A stretch of 64,000 nucleotides of DNA from Octopus sinensis. Taxonomy: Eukaryota. The stretch's first letter is position 1. Each line of letters opens with the position of its first letter. Below the pieces are notes generated by a model. The model saw only the letters and a program-made list of their open reading frames with translations, made no database searches and had not been told where the DNA came from. Positions 12,285-26,211 of the stretch are shown here, one piece after another. The stretch covers positions 6,262,001 through 6,326,000 of the forward strand of contig NC_043002.1 of assembly GCF_006345805.1 (NCBI RefSeq). The letters run 5' to 3'. The position numbers and the translations under genes were made by a program.

Positions 12285-12590
12285 ATACCTATTTCTTTAC
12301 TACCCACAAGGGACTAAACACAGAGAGGACAAACAAGGACAGACAAACGGATTAAGTCGATTACATCGACCCCAGTGCATAACTGGTACTTAATTTCTAC
12401 TCTAGATACAAGGTTCGAAATCTTTCTGGCGATGGGAGTGGGAAGTCGATTAGATCGACCACAGCACGCAACTAGTACTTCAATTTATCGACCCCGAAAG
12501 GATGAAAGGCAAAGTCGACCTCGGCGAAATTTGAACTCAGAACGTAACGGCAGACGAAATACGGCTACGCATTTCGCCCGGCGTGCTAAC
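12285..12590 (-). mobile_element. SINE family 1 composite (3' half plus a second head)
   Basis: Two reverse-complement segments, 12285-12385 and 12440-12590. Confidence 0.8.
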
Positions 12591-13615
12591 GGTTGTGTCA
12601 ACGTTTCCGCTTTAAGTCATTATGTCTTTACTTCAGCTACTTTACATTCAAGTCAGCATTATCTAAAGTGTCCTTTAGCTTTTAAAACTTGAAGAGTGAG
12701 ATCTGAGACTGATTTGTCTGCTATTACAAGCACCTTGATGAAGTATGTAGATATACATCAGCTGGGTCTTTTAAATTCTTCTTTTTTGGTGATTTAGGCC
12801 ATCATTGCAATTCTCGGAACTTACATGTTTTTCTTTGTTTTTTAATCGTATCAGTCTATTGGTTGTCATTATTTAACTCTTAACCAATCCTGATTGAGCA
12901 AACCTAAGATCAAATATTATTTCATCTATTAATAAAAAAAAACATGATATATCTTGAACAAAATTACACAGCATACTCTATTTAAAGCAGAATAATGAGA
13001 TTTGGCAGTTAAGTGTAACAAATGATTTGTTGGCTTTGTGAAGGCTAAAAGCACAGGTCCCTTCAAACTTCACTAATACTTCTTTTAAGCTAAAGGGACA
13101 CATAGACTTACATCAATCGAAGGCTTTTTGACATGTATATATCATTGGAACTTAAATTACTAATCATTTCTACTATAGGTACATGGTTGAAATTATGGGG
13201 GAAGAGTAGATGGATTACATCGACTCCAGTGCTCGACTGGTACTAATTTTTTTGACCACTCTGGTGACCATGCTGATGGCGCCAAAAGTAATTTTTCTTT
13301 AAAGCATTGTACTGGGGTGTGGTACCGAAGGCCTTTGTAGTTTAGCCGAGATTTATAAGATCGGCCCGGTCAAGCGTTCCTCTTTAATACTTGCAGGTTC
13401 CAAGAAAACAACTTATACAGCAGGGAATGAATGCTAGAAGGTAGAGGTTCTGGTAAGAAAGTACTGGACATAATTGTTAGTGCAGACCTTGTGGTGGACA
13501 TAATATCGATGACGAGGGGGAGAGAAAGATGCTTGAATCAGGAGTGCTTCAGTGGAAATGTTGCGAAACCAGCCAATTCCGATGAAAGGAATTCACTGTA
13601 GTAGCTGTAGAAAGT

Positions 13616-13915
13616 GGAGGCATATGGCCTAGTGGCTAGAGCACCGGGCTCGCGGTCGAGGGAACGTAAGTTCGAATCTCAGACAGGGCGATGTGTGTGT
13701 TTATGAGCGAAACACCTAAGCTCCACGCGGCTCCGGCAGAAGGTAATGGCGAACTTCTGCTGATTCTTTCGCTACAACTTTCTCTCACTCTTTCCTCCTG
13801 CAGCTAGCAGCTCACCTGCGACGGACCGGCGTCCCGTGCAGGTGGGGAACCTATACGCCAAGGAAACCGGGAAACCGGCCCTTATGAGCCAGGCGTGGCT
13901 TGAGAAGGAACAAAC
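13616..13915 (+). mobile_element. SINE family 3 variant with a different 3' part
   Basis: Same tRNA-like head and gagcgaaacacctaagctccacg body. Confidence 0.75.
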
Positions 13916-14415
13916 AAGCTGTAGAAAAGGCAGAGTAAAGAAACGGCAGGCAGCAAAGTTGCTTATTGGTACGTTTCAACTGGTAAGCAACTTTATTCAA
14001 TTCCTTGAGTGGTTCTTCTTTGGATGTAGTCTAGGATATCCGCAATCTGAAGAATTCTGAGCATAGCATCTCGTCTTTTTGAAGGTATTGAAAACAAATA
14101 AACATGTCACCTTTTTGACTTAAGACGCTGCTGAGATTTGATGGAGATTTGGCTGCTATTTGTAGCAGGTCATTCGACCATGAAGTGATTACTCTCGTTG
14201 GCTGTCTATGATATATTTATGGTCTTAGTTTGTGGTTCAGCATACACGATCCATCAACTGCGTTAGTTTTAGATGTATTATTCTTTCCGAATTAAGCCTT
14301 TTAATTAACCTGTCACAGATTAGACTCCCGCGAAAAGTAATTCATACGATATGTGAGTGAGCAATCAGTCTGCATCTTGTAATGCCATAATCATCAACAA
14401 CATTATTATTATTAC

Positions 14416-14472
<57 letters not shown>

Positions 14473-15021
14473 CATTAATTTTATTATTGCTCATATTGTT
14501 ATTTAACTCACTAAGATATCCTATTCATATTTCAAGCATGCCAAATTAACTGCGTGTATTGATGATATGAATATAAGATGATGTCCCAGAATAAAACTTG
14601 ACAGAAAATGAAGAAGAAAAAAAATATTTTTCTCGTTGACATATTTCATTGAATGTCTCCTCAAAAAGTCACCGAAGCAGAAGTTTAAATCTAGATTGAT
14701 GTTCTAGAAGGAGCAAAACATCTTGTTGCCTGGTGAAAGCTTCACTGGAGACTTGTCTTTAGTTAGGGAGGAAATGCTTTCAACTCTATTAACATGTTGC
14801 AAAGTAGAGACAAGAAGTCTGAAGAAAAAATAAATATCTAACTTTTGAAAGGATTAATGAACAGAGCCAAGCCGTGTGTAAAAATAGTGAATGAAATAAA
14901 GTAAACCATTGATTAGATTTGCTGACGAAAAATAAATATCTTAATAAAGGCATTTGATATATATGCGCGTGTGTGCGTGTATATATATATATATATTATA
15001 TATATATATATTATATATATG

Positions 15022-15054
<33 letters not shown>

Positions 15055-15423
15055 GTATATATATATACGTATATCTTGATATCTACACACACACACACAC
15101 ACACAAACAACACACACAACACACACACACATATATATATATATATATTAGAGAGAGAGAGAAGAGAGAGAGATAATACACATTTACATACACGCATACA
15201 CGCATATTTATATAGATACATATTTACACACACAAACACACACACACATATATATATGCGTGTGCAAATATCTATCACTTTTTCTCTCTCTGTCTCTTTG
15301 TCTCTCTCTCTGTCTCTCTGTCCCCCTTTGTCTGTCTCTCTCTGCCTGTCTCTCTCTGTCTCTCTTTTTCTGTCTGTCTGTCTGTCTGTCTGTCTGCCTC
15401 TTTCTCTCTCTCTCTCTCTCTCT

Positions 15424-15461
<38 letters not shown>

Positions 15462-16420
15462 CTACCCGTCGTGGATAATTTTGGGTCTGACCTGGTAGAA
15501 TATGTACCTGTATATGTATATACGTATGTCTGTACGTATATACCTATAGGTATCTAAGTATGTGTGTATTTGGGTTTATCATTGCCATTATTGGATTTCT
15601 TGCAGCCATTCAGAGAGCTGGGTCTGGTGTAAGATGAAAGGAAGATCACAAGCTACGTTTCTCACCAATGTTGGGCAGAGACCAGCAAAAGCTGATAAAA
15701 CCCAGCACCCGTGTCACGCAGTAGTTGCTAGAACGAAGTTAAACACAGCGCTAAACTGCCTTTGGGACGCCTGATTTTAATTTGTAAATAGTTAAATCAT
15801 CACAAGTAATTGATGTGTGTGTTGTGTGTGTGTGTGTGCTGTGTGTTTATTTGTATATATAAGTATGCGTGTATAAATCTATTTATGCATGTATGTCCAG
15901 TATGTATATCTACTATATATAAATGAGAGTTTGTATCTACCTATTCATAGTCGCAGACAGGGCTGTGTGTATAGCTCCTTGGTTGAGAAGTTCGCTTTGT
16001 AAAAAAGTGTCGCTCTGCAACACTTTGGACAAGAGTCTTCTACTATAGGCTCAAGCCGTCCAATGCTTTGTGAGTGAATTTGGTAGATGGAAACTGTGTG
16101 AAGCTTGTCGGGCGTATGCATGTGTATATGTGCGTGTGTGTATGTGTATCTGTGTGTGTGTGAGTTTGTACCCGGTTTGACAGCCGGTGTTTGTTTGTTT
16201 GTTTAAATCCCCATAAACAACCGTTCGGCGAAATAAACCGCTAAAATCAATTGAAGTCTTAAAACGAATACTGGAGACGATGTGTTTCGCGGACGATACT
16301 TCGGGAATCTCGAGGATGGTCACGCTCCAAAGGCTAAAGCATGTGAAAAAAGATATATGTATGTATATCATTTATCTATCTGTGTGTATGTTCGTACGTT
16401 TGTTCTGCAGTATATGCAGT

Positions 16421-16790
16421 GGAGGCGCAATAGCCCAGTGGTTAGGGCAGTGAACTTGTGGTCGGAGGATCGCGGTTTCGATTCCCAGACCGGGTGTTGT
16501 GTGTGTTTATTGAGCGAAAACACCTAAAGCTCCACGAGGCTCCGGCAGGGGTGGATTACTCTTTCGCTCCAACTTTCTCTTACTCTTTCTTCCTGTTTCA
16601 TGTCCCCGACTTCCTACGCAACCACTGAGCCTGGATGCGCATTCATCCATCCGTCGTTGCACTCGGTGTCGGGGGTTGACCTGCTTTCTCTTCTGCGGGT
16701 CTTACGAATAGTTAAGGACCACGTTTCGGAGTTCTCCCACTATAGGGACGAAGACCGCTTCACTCAACAGCAACAGCAGTATTCGCAAAC
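16421..16790 (+). mobile_element. tRNA-derived SINE family 3
   Basis: Head ggaggcgcaatagcccagtggttagggcag..ggtttcgattccc. Reverse-complement match at 43040-43508. Confidence 0.85.
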
Positions 16791-17290
16791 CTGGTTAACA
16801 GAAATTCTATATCGATCCTTAAAATTTCGATTTAACAGACCATGTTAGTTTTGATGTCGATGCGTTGTGATATCAAGTCTTTATATACCACAAAATCACT
16901 TTGATTTAATTTGTAAAATCAAAAAGCCTGATCATCCGACGAGAGGTAGCGTTGATTACGAAAGTACAAGCACATCACTAAGCTTCGTTGTCGTATCTAG
17001 ATCCTGACTGTTGTAACCTCCCCTTCTCTCTCGCTCACACACACACACACACACACACTCTTTCTCTCAAGCCCGCAAACACATACACTCACGTACATAG
17101 GCAAAAAAACACACAACTCATATTAATAAACATATTTATACATCGATCTATACATGGATACATGGATATGCTATTCTCCGCCCTAAATTGGTGATTTAAT
17201 CAAATGGCTACTGCAAATTATATACATATATACATGCATACACACAGACACACACAAACACACACACACACCACACACACACACACACAC

Positions 17291-17325
<35 letters not shown>

Positions 17326-19032
17326 TATATATATATATATAATATATATATATTTTCTTATATATATGTATATACATATATGAAAGGCAGAATTGATCAC
17401 GGTTGGATTTGAACAAAGAATGCCATTTTTTACCGATCTTCTAGTGCTGCCAACCTTGATCTAGTTTGCAATAATAATAAGGATCCTTTCTAATTTAAGC
17501 ACAATGCCCGAATATTTTTTCAGGAGGGTGTCGTCTATTACATGGACCCAAGTAATTGAGCGGTATTTCCTTTACGACTTTAAAGGACGAGGGGCAAAGT
17601 CTACAGCGACGGAATTTGAACTGAAAATGTAGAGAGCCTGGAAAAATAGCCCCTCAGCATTATGTCTGACGCGCGAACCATTGTGCCATTTTGGAGGGTT
17701 TTGATTCCATAATGAAGAATCTGTTTCCAACTATTTACAAAAAAAAAAGAAAAAGAAAGTGTCTTTCTTGGAGTCGGTGTCATGGAAATGGTATTGTTTC
17801 ATGAATGCTCAACCGGAAGACATTCATATTCCTTTCCGGTTTGACCGCATGAGATCCATTATTTTCTTTCATTCGGTTGATTTCACTGCACCACGACGTC
17901 ATTAGATCAACACCACATAGTCACTAACAACAACAACAACAACACCAACACCAAGAACAGCAACAACAGTAGCAGCAGCAGCAGCAGCAGCGGAATGGAT
18001 AACAATAAAATAAAATAACGAAAAACACTTACACGATCTTTATTATAAAAGCACTTTGTTATTCACTTCTACATTATACACGATCCATTCTATTTACACG
18101 TGACAGTGGTTAATAGCTAGATACTTGCTTAATTGATTGGAGCTTTAATTGTTTTTTCCACATTCCTACATTATATAGCCGTTGTTGTTCTTGATGTTGT
18201 TGTTGTCGACGTTGTTGCCGAAACATAGTTCAGCCCCTATTAATACTGAAACATCGATCATCAAAGGCACTCAAGCTGTTAACATCTTGTCATTTCATTT
18301 ATAAGAGATTTCATTGTGCAATGTGCTTCCTTTATTCAACGCAGTGGTATTTTGACTGCTACATCTAGCACATCGAGTGACCACGTAGAATCTACATTCT
18401 CCTTCTCTCTCTCTCTCTCTCTCTTTCTCTGTATGAATTGTGTGGTGTGTGTGTGTACATATATATATATGAAATAGTGGCCTCAAACTTTGGCTCAAAG
18501 CAAGCAATTTCGGGGGAGATAGGTCCCTCACATTGACCCCAGTGTTCAACTGGTACTTATTTTATGTTCAGCCGGTATATATTTCGATCTAGGCGAAATT
18601 TGAAAACAGATCCTAAAGACAGACGAAATGCTGCAAAGCATTTTGCCTGGCGTGTTAACGAGTCTGCGAGCTCGCCGCAAGGATGTACATATGTATAACA
18701 TTAATCAAATGCTTAAAAGGCAGTCATGAATTAGGGTATCACCGTCGCGAAAAGCCTAATTTGCATACATTTTGCTTTTGCAACTCGTCATTATTTGATA
18801 AATCGTTATGTATCAAAAGTGTGGATCAAAAGAACTGAAATAAATTTAAATGTTACCAGGTCTCACCTTGGATTAGATAACAGGAAGCATAGAACAAATA
18901 CATATTTTTTTCTATACTGTTTATGTTTGGGGGAAAAAGAGAGAGGAACCTCCTGACGGACTGTCTATGTTTGTATATATGTTTGTGTGTGTGTGTGTGT
19001 GTGTACAAATTAACGCACACATACACACACAC

Positions 19033-19109
<77 letters not shown>

Positions 19110-19281
19110 CGAGAAGTTAAGGTTATAAGAGATAATGGTGTCATATATACCATTATGCCTATAAAAACGGATTTATGAACTCAATACCCATACATACCTT
19201 ACATCTGTTTTCTTTCCTCCACCTCACTCTCTATTTGTATCACATCGAAACTCACTATGACTTAACTTTTCCTCTCACACC

Positions 19282-19336
19282 GTCTCCGATGAAGGGATAT
19301 TATTATTAATTAATATCCTAGAAACAGCTGTAAGAC
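19282..19336 (+). ncRNA. Minimal type I hammerhead ribozyme (family E)
   Basis: gtct-CCGATGA-a-gGGATATTA(ttattaat)TAATATCCt-a-GAAA-CAGCTG-TA-agac. It has a U4C core variant, a long stem II, palindromic ACAGCTGT stem III, a GUA triplet and stem I gtct/agac. Confidence 0.75.
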
Positions 19337-20185
19337 CTTCTATCTATAAAGGCTCTAATATCTATACAGCCTTGTTTTTTTTATCTCATTACACAAAAAA
19401 TTCATATATATATACACGCACAAGAGAGCATGCGAGCGGACAAAGATTGGCACACACACATATACGCATATAGAACGGTAAAGGCATGTTCCATTCTCGT
19501 TATAGAAAAATCTGAGCTTAGTAAAACAAGCCGCTACATGATTCAGTGAGGAAATACTGGGGCAGTTAGAAAGAGTAGCTACATTTTCCTCAAATCACAC
19601 TCGAAACACAAATTGGATAAAGTAAGTGCTACATAATGATGGCTAGCTTGCTTTGATTGTAAGTTTATGCTGTATAAGTTCGATCTAAGCCTAAAAGAAT
19701 ATCACACTCATTCAACCGGAACACTTATCAGTTTCCCTAGTTACGGAACATGTGCAGTGCAGATGTACTGCCATGTGAACTGTATCGAATATTGAACTGT
19801 TCCAACCAGTAGCCAATTCGATAACAATGTCATCTGATCCAAAAACAAATTTAGTTTCTTCGCTCAAGTGTGGTTTCAGCATCACCCATTTCCTTACGAA
19901 TTCTCATAGCATGTTTCTTGTCTGAGGATGATCCATGAGTCATACTCCTTACTATATTTCTAGAAACCAATCTCGGATGAGCTACAAATCACTTCTTAAC
20001 CGTTGTTCCTTCTCATTTGACGGAACCATACAAATTAGTGCCACTCTCTAAGCACTCTTATATGACCACCACAAATTATATCACGTTGGACAGTTTAGCG
20101 TTTTATCTGAAACTCAGTGAGGAAACGAAACAGATAACGCTTAATTGAAAAAAATAATAAAGAAGATAAAAATTAAAAGGAACTC

Positions 20186-20272
<87 letters not shown>

Positions 20273-21323
20273 AGAGAGAAGAGAGGGAGGGAGAGAGAGA
20301 GAGGAGAGAGACATTGATTTGAAGATATTTCCGGAAACACTGCCGATCATTTATCATCGATGTCAAAGTGTAATTTAGCCTGTATTTCAATAAGAAAGCA
20401 CATCCGGACGAAGTTCCGAATCAGGATGAATATACTTGATCTGTTTTATTATTTCTATTAATTACTTAATATTCACTTATTCCACTGAATATATGAATTG
20501 AATACATATATCCAAATGAGTAATGCGCATGTGTTTCAGACACACAAAAATTCACATGAACATTCATACACATTAATGATAATATTTTTTCCGTCATTTT
20601 CGACAATAAGCATTCAAATGGTCTAAACATGAACAAAATACTCGCTAAATTAGCGTCCGAATGTATTTAAGAGTATTCCTCAGACATTTGTACCTATAAT
20701 ATAATTATCTAGCTATATCAGCAAGATGCAGTGTGGAAAGGCTGGTCTTTTAAAGTGTAGGTACAATTTATTCGACAAGCTTCCATGCAGTTTTCGTACA
20801 CCTAATTTCAGTAACAAGGTTCGGATAATCTCAAAGTAATCTTAGGATAGACCATTTTTATCCAATATGGTATACAGTTGCATTAAACCTAGAGGCCTCT
20901 AAACATGGATCGAATTCCTTACCTGTCTAGCCTTGTCACCTCACATATACACGCCCACACACATACTTGAAGACGCACGACGTGAAGATACTTATGTTCT
21001 TGCATGCGTTCGTGCGCATACCTCCTTGAGAATATGCTTGTTTGCGGATAGAAATAGGATATATACAAAAATATATGCAGTATATGAGCACAATAATACA
21101 CTCAAATATAAAACAGTACGTACGTCTTTGTATTTATTTTAGTATGTATGGCTATATGAGTGCAGGTATGTATATATGCATTCAAGCATGAATATATGCA
21201 TATATTGCATACATGCGTATGCACACACACACAGACACACACAAACACACACATGCGCATGCACACGTGCTTAACTATTGAAATCAATTTTAAACTGCAT
21301 TAAGAATGTGCGTGTCAGTTTGT

Positions 21324-21396
<73 letters not shown>

Positions 21397-21439
21397 TTTA
21401 CTGAGAAACTCACGTATGTGGACGATCCCCGATCCCCCT

Positions 21440-22060
21440 CTCCGCACCAGAAAAAGGATTAGGAAAAGGAAAATATTCTGGTAATAAATACCCGCCTTCT
21501 TTCAACCTAGAAATTTCAACCAACGTAGCTAGGGGCTTCTTGTCGTTAATTAAGAAACACTTCTCCAGAGGCTACAAACTCTTCAACTCCCATAATGTCA
21601 ACGTGAGCTACTCCTGCTCAGACATTATCACATCTAACACCCCACGCATCAACAAACGTAAAAATGCACCCGTAAAACCCCTAACCTCAACTTACAATTG
21701 CCAAAACCCCACCACCTGCCCTCTAGAAGGATCCTGCTTCTTAAGAGCCGTAGTATACGGAACCACTCTTACACCATCCGATGGCATCATTAGGCAATAT
21801 ACAGGTACGACAGCCAATGACTTCAAGGGAAGATACTCCCAGCATATGCACTCGATCAGATCGTTTTCTCAGGAGACTTCGTGACCTCCAAGACGAAACA
21901 CCCAGCATCAATTAGGCTATTGTCGACAGACCGTAATAATATTCACCTGGCGCCCCTAATTGACAGCTGTACCTTCACAAAAAAAAACTGCATATCCTTC
22001 AACAACCTGCAGTGTCTATCAACAAGAAATATGATCTATCTTATTGCTGTCACCAGAGGT
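21440..22060 (+). pseudogene. Penelope-like element ORF fragment: linker plus GIY-YIG endonuclease
   Basis: RKRKIFW..FNLEISTNVARGFLSLIKKHF..LFNSHNVNVSYSC..YNCQNPTTCPLEGSC..VVY..QYTGTTANDFKGRYSQH matches PLE C-terminal motifs. Stops and frameshifts are present. Confidence 0.85.
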
Positions 22061-22312
22061 ATGCCCATCTGGCAAATTTCAAGCTCCTACCCTCCACCAC
22101 CTGCACCACGATCACCGCCACCAACCAACCCTCATGAGCAGGACCGCCAATTAACAATCCCCAACGCTTTTTATGGGCAACTACACTAAACACACGCGCG
22201 CGAGAGTACACTTTTGCATACATGTGTGCGCGCGCAAGAATAAATATATGTGTGTGTATGTGTGTGCGCGTGCATATATATATATACATAATTATATATA
22301 TATGCTTGTGTT

Positions 22313-22360
<48 letters not shown>

Positions 22361-22530
22361 CCTGCTCGCTTACCCAGCGGGGTGGCGTCATTTGAAGGCT
22401 AAAGCAATGCGAAGCGCATTGTTACCAGCGATGTGTAGAAACATCTGATAGCCTGGTCGGTCACGGAGATCACGGTGATATATATATATATATATACAGA
22501 CACTCACACACACATATATGGTATTTTTAT

Positions 22531-22701
22531 ATAAGCTTAAAGTTTATAGCGATCACTGTGCAATGACTAAGGAAAGTAGTCTAATAAAGGGACATATAAC
22601 GATAGGAAGGCCTTCTTTTTTCTATCGAGGGCTTATATGCCCCTTTATTAGACTATTTTCCTTAATCATTGCACGGCGATCGCCATGAGCTTTAAGCTTA
22701 T
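22531..22701. repeat. 171-bp imperfect palindrome (MITE-like or fold-back)
   Basis: ataagcttaaag..gtagtctaataaaggg.catataa pairs with ttatatg.ccctttattagacta..ctttaagcttat. Confidence 0.85.
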
Positions 22702-23465
22702 AAAGAAATACCATTGTTATTATTTACAGGATTGCAAAACGCGCCACGAAAAACCATTCACACCGAAACACATATATGCACATGCATGTGTATATGTGTG
22801 TATACGTGCGCGTGTGTGCATGCGCGCGTGGACACCCTGGTGCGCCTATATTCGTTTATATATGTGTGTGTCTGTATGTGTTTGAGGGCGCGTGTGTGTG
22901 CACACCCATGCAAACATCTGCACACTGGCATAAATAAGGACATACACGCAAAACCACATGAGCACATTAACCCACGCACATATATACGTATATACTTGCA
23001 CATACCGCTCCTTTCTACTTCTTCCTCTCCAACCACGCGACCGATTTCCTATTCACTACGCGGTCGATTTCCTGTTCATCATGCGGTATTTTCCAAGTAA
23101 CTGTTATCACTAGTGTACTAACATCAAATTGCGACACCGCGTGACCTTTCCCGACTAATCGCTGCCCAACTTACGGTAATCAACTTCGTTCATTCAGATT
23201 CAAAATGGCTGAAAATTAGCATGTCGCTTGAAACTCGGAGTACCAACGAATTTGAATCAATCTGTTTTGATCCATATGTTTATATATATAAAGCTATAAA
23301 TTAGGGTATCTGAGAGATACCACCATGCTGAAATAGCAGTCAAAACCCTTTATAGTTTAATTTATAGTTTTAAATAATTATTACCTTTGTATGGTATTTA
23401 TTCCCATGCTGGGCACTTGATAAGATCGATTTATCCTTATCTATAAATTTATTTATTTAGATATA

Positions 23466-23508
<43 letters not shown>

Positions 23509-24145
23509 GCGTATATGTGGGTGGGTGTGCGTGTATGTGTGTGCGCGAGTGCGTGTGTGTGTGAGAGAGAGAGAGCATGTCTTTGTTTATACAGACAATA
23601 TTACATTATATATAAAGGTGTTGAGCTGTCGGAATCGTGAGCAGACCGGTTAAAATGCTTAGCGGCGTTTCGTCCGTGTTTACCCTCTGAATCCCACCGA
23701 GGTCAACTTTGCTTTCCATCATTTCGGGATGAAAGTATTATTTGAGCACTGAGATCTATGCAATCAACGCAACCCACCTCCGAAATTGCTGGCCTTGTGC
23801 CAATATTTGAAACCAGTTATTTAATGTGTATTGAGCCTCCTGTTCTCCATAAGTTTTTTTTATTTAAATAGCTTCTTTTGTCGAACTGCTGCTCTTCGGA
23901 GCTCACTCCCATCGTCTTGTTTTCCTCTGTTCTTTGAGAATTCAGCCGTTTAAGCTTTCTGTGAATCAGTATCTTTTGAATTAGTAGCCCCCACTCATTC
24001 TTTTCTTTGTAGTCCCTTCCGCTACAGCGGCATCAAGTCATGTTTGAAACAAAACGTCTAAAGCACAAGAAAAAGAAAAAAATGAAAGAAATTCATATAC
24101 TTATACATCATCACAAAACATACCTCTCGAAATGAACTCATCACA

Positions 24146-24378
24146 CCTGTTTCTTTACTACCCACAAGGAGCTAAACATAGAGGGGACAAACAAGGACAT
24201 ACAAACGGATTAAGTCGATTACATCGACCCCAGTGTGTAACTGGTACTTAATTTATCGATCCCGAAAGGATGAAAGGCAAAGTCGACCTCGGCGGAATTT
24301 GAACTCGGAACGTAACGGCAGACGAAATACGGCTACGCATTTCGCCCGGCGTGCTAACGTTTCTGCCAGCTCGCCGCC
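24146..24378 (-). mobile_element. SINE family 1
   Basis: Reverse-complement match to 1442-1672. Confidence 0.9.
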
Positions 24379-24518
24379 TTTTAATGAACTTATCAATCGT
24401 CAAACTGAAGCAAAACTTGTGTCGTATCTTTGAAACACCAGTGATTGGTTTACTACATTTTCACCGGAATGAGGGAAAAGTTTGTAGCTCTACAACTTGA
24501 GTCGCACAAATAAGCGAG

Positions 24519-24573
24519 ATTTTGGGAGACAACGATTTAGCAATTTTTCACCATACATGTGTGTCTTTAGCTG

Positions 24574-24612
<39 letters not shown>

Positions 24613-25362
24613 ACACACACATATACATATATACATGCATACGTGTGTATCATTGAAATTCTGTAATCTTGTTCAAACAATAGTTTTTACAAACACAATA
24701 CGATTAAAAATTCTCGACCTGTTGACCAAAAGCATACCAGATATACTTGATAGAAGTAAGTCTTTAAGTAGATTAAAATCTAAATTAAAAATAAAGAAAC
24801 CAATTAAAAATACGCACAATTCATCATAAAAAAGAACAGTAGTAAAATATTTCCACCTGACAAAGAATATAACCAGCGAAGCGGCAGAAAAATAACAACC
24901 AACCAGCAAACAGAAGAAGTGAACCGGTGAGCAGACACACACCTGAGGCACCCGCATCAAGGAATACAAATATACCACGAGAACCGGTTGAAACGGTTCT
25001 CGACTGAAGATTACGTTGACATGAAACTCGAGTTGCGAGATATGCATTCAGTTTCAATAAACTATACATACATAGACGAACGCATGTATGCATACATATA
25101 TATACTATAGGCAACCTATTTTGGGAGACGACGATTTAGCAATTTTTCACCATACATGTGTGTCTTTAGCTGATACACACACACACACACACACACACGA
25201 ACACACACACACATACATATACATATACACATGCATACGTGCGTATCATTGAAATTCTGTAATCTTGTTCAAACAATAGTTTTTACAAGCACAATACGAT
25301 TAAAAATTCTCGACCAGTTGACCAAAAGCATACCAAATATACTTGATAGAAGTAAGTCTTTA
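24519..25362. repeat. ~245-bp direct repeats (24519-24766, 25118-25362) flanking a ~350-bp spacer
   Basis: Near-identical sequence; ORFs 24635 and 25231 translate almost identically. Confidence 0.9.
24998..25040 (+). ncRNA. Degenerate minimal hammerhead-like motif
   Basis: tctcga-CTGAAGA-ttacgttgacat-GAAA-CTCGAG-TT-gcgaga. It has the palindrome ACTCGAGT and 5/6 stem I pairs, but stem II is broken. Confidence 0.45.
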
Positions 25363-25962
25363 TGCCCCAGGCAATTCGAAGTTATGGTAAAGAAAAGTTG
25401 GCCAAAGTGCTGCGCAGGTAGAACGAACAAGAAACCACCGCTTTTGTGAAACGAACTGTTTGATAACACCCACGCCTATGCCTTCTCGAGTGTGTTTAAG
25501 TTTGTGGAAATTGTTGCTGTTGTATATCAATCTTCCATATCACTTCCAAGTTACTATTCATCTAATTGGCAAAGATTCCCACACAAATATAATTCAATGA
25601 TTGTAAATTAATATAAATGCACATTCCAACTTGTAGGACATAGAGTTGACCATAGGTCTTTTCAAATTTGCCTTGGAATGCATATTTTCGATGGGTCAAA
25701 TATCATGCGACTTTTAGTGCTATTTTCTCTAAACAGAAATCGCATGAATGCTGCATTTGTGAGAGAGTCAAAATTCCAGGATTAAGTGGATACTGTCAGC
25801 ATGTTTTAAAGCAATTATCCAAAATTTTGGGAATTTATGAGTATTTTTGATATTAATAAACCTGGACGATAACTGCACACACCTAGCAGTAAATATGTGT
25901 GTAAATGTATGGATATGAACATACATATATACATATACATATAAGTGTATTATATACATATA

Positions 25963-26064
<102 letters not shown>

Positions 26065-26067
26065 GTG

Positions 26068-26120
<53 letters not shown>

Positions 26121-26152
26121 GAGAGAGAGAGAGAGAGAGAGAGACAGAACAT

Positions 26153-26211
<59 letters not shown>

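Noticed and set aside
17799-17852. Possible miRNA hairpin
   Set aside because: Only ~15 bp of bulged stem and no recognisable seed.
20088-20140. Hairpin with gaaacgaaac resembling a type III hammerhead
   Set aside because: It lacks both CUGANGA and the NUH triplet.
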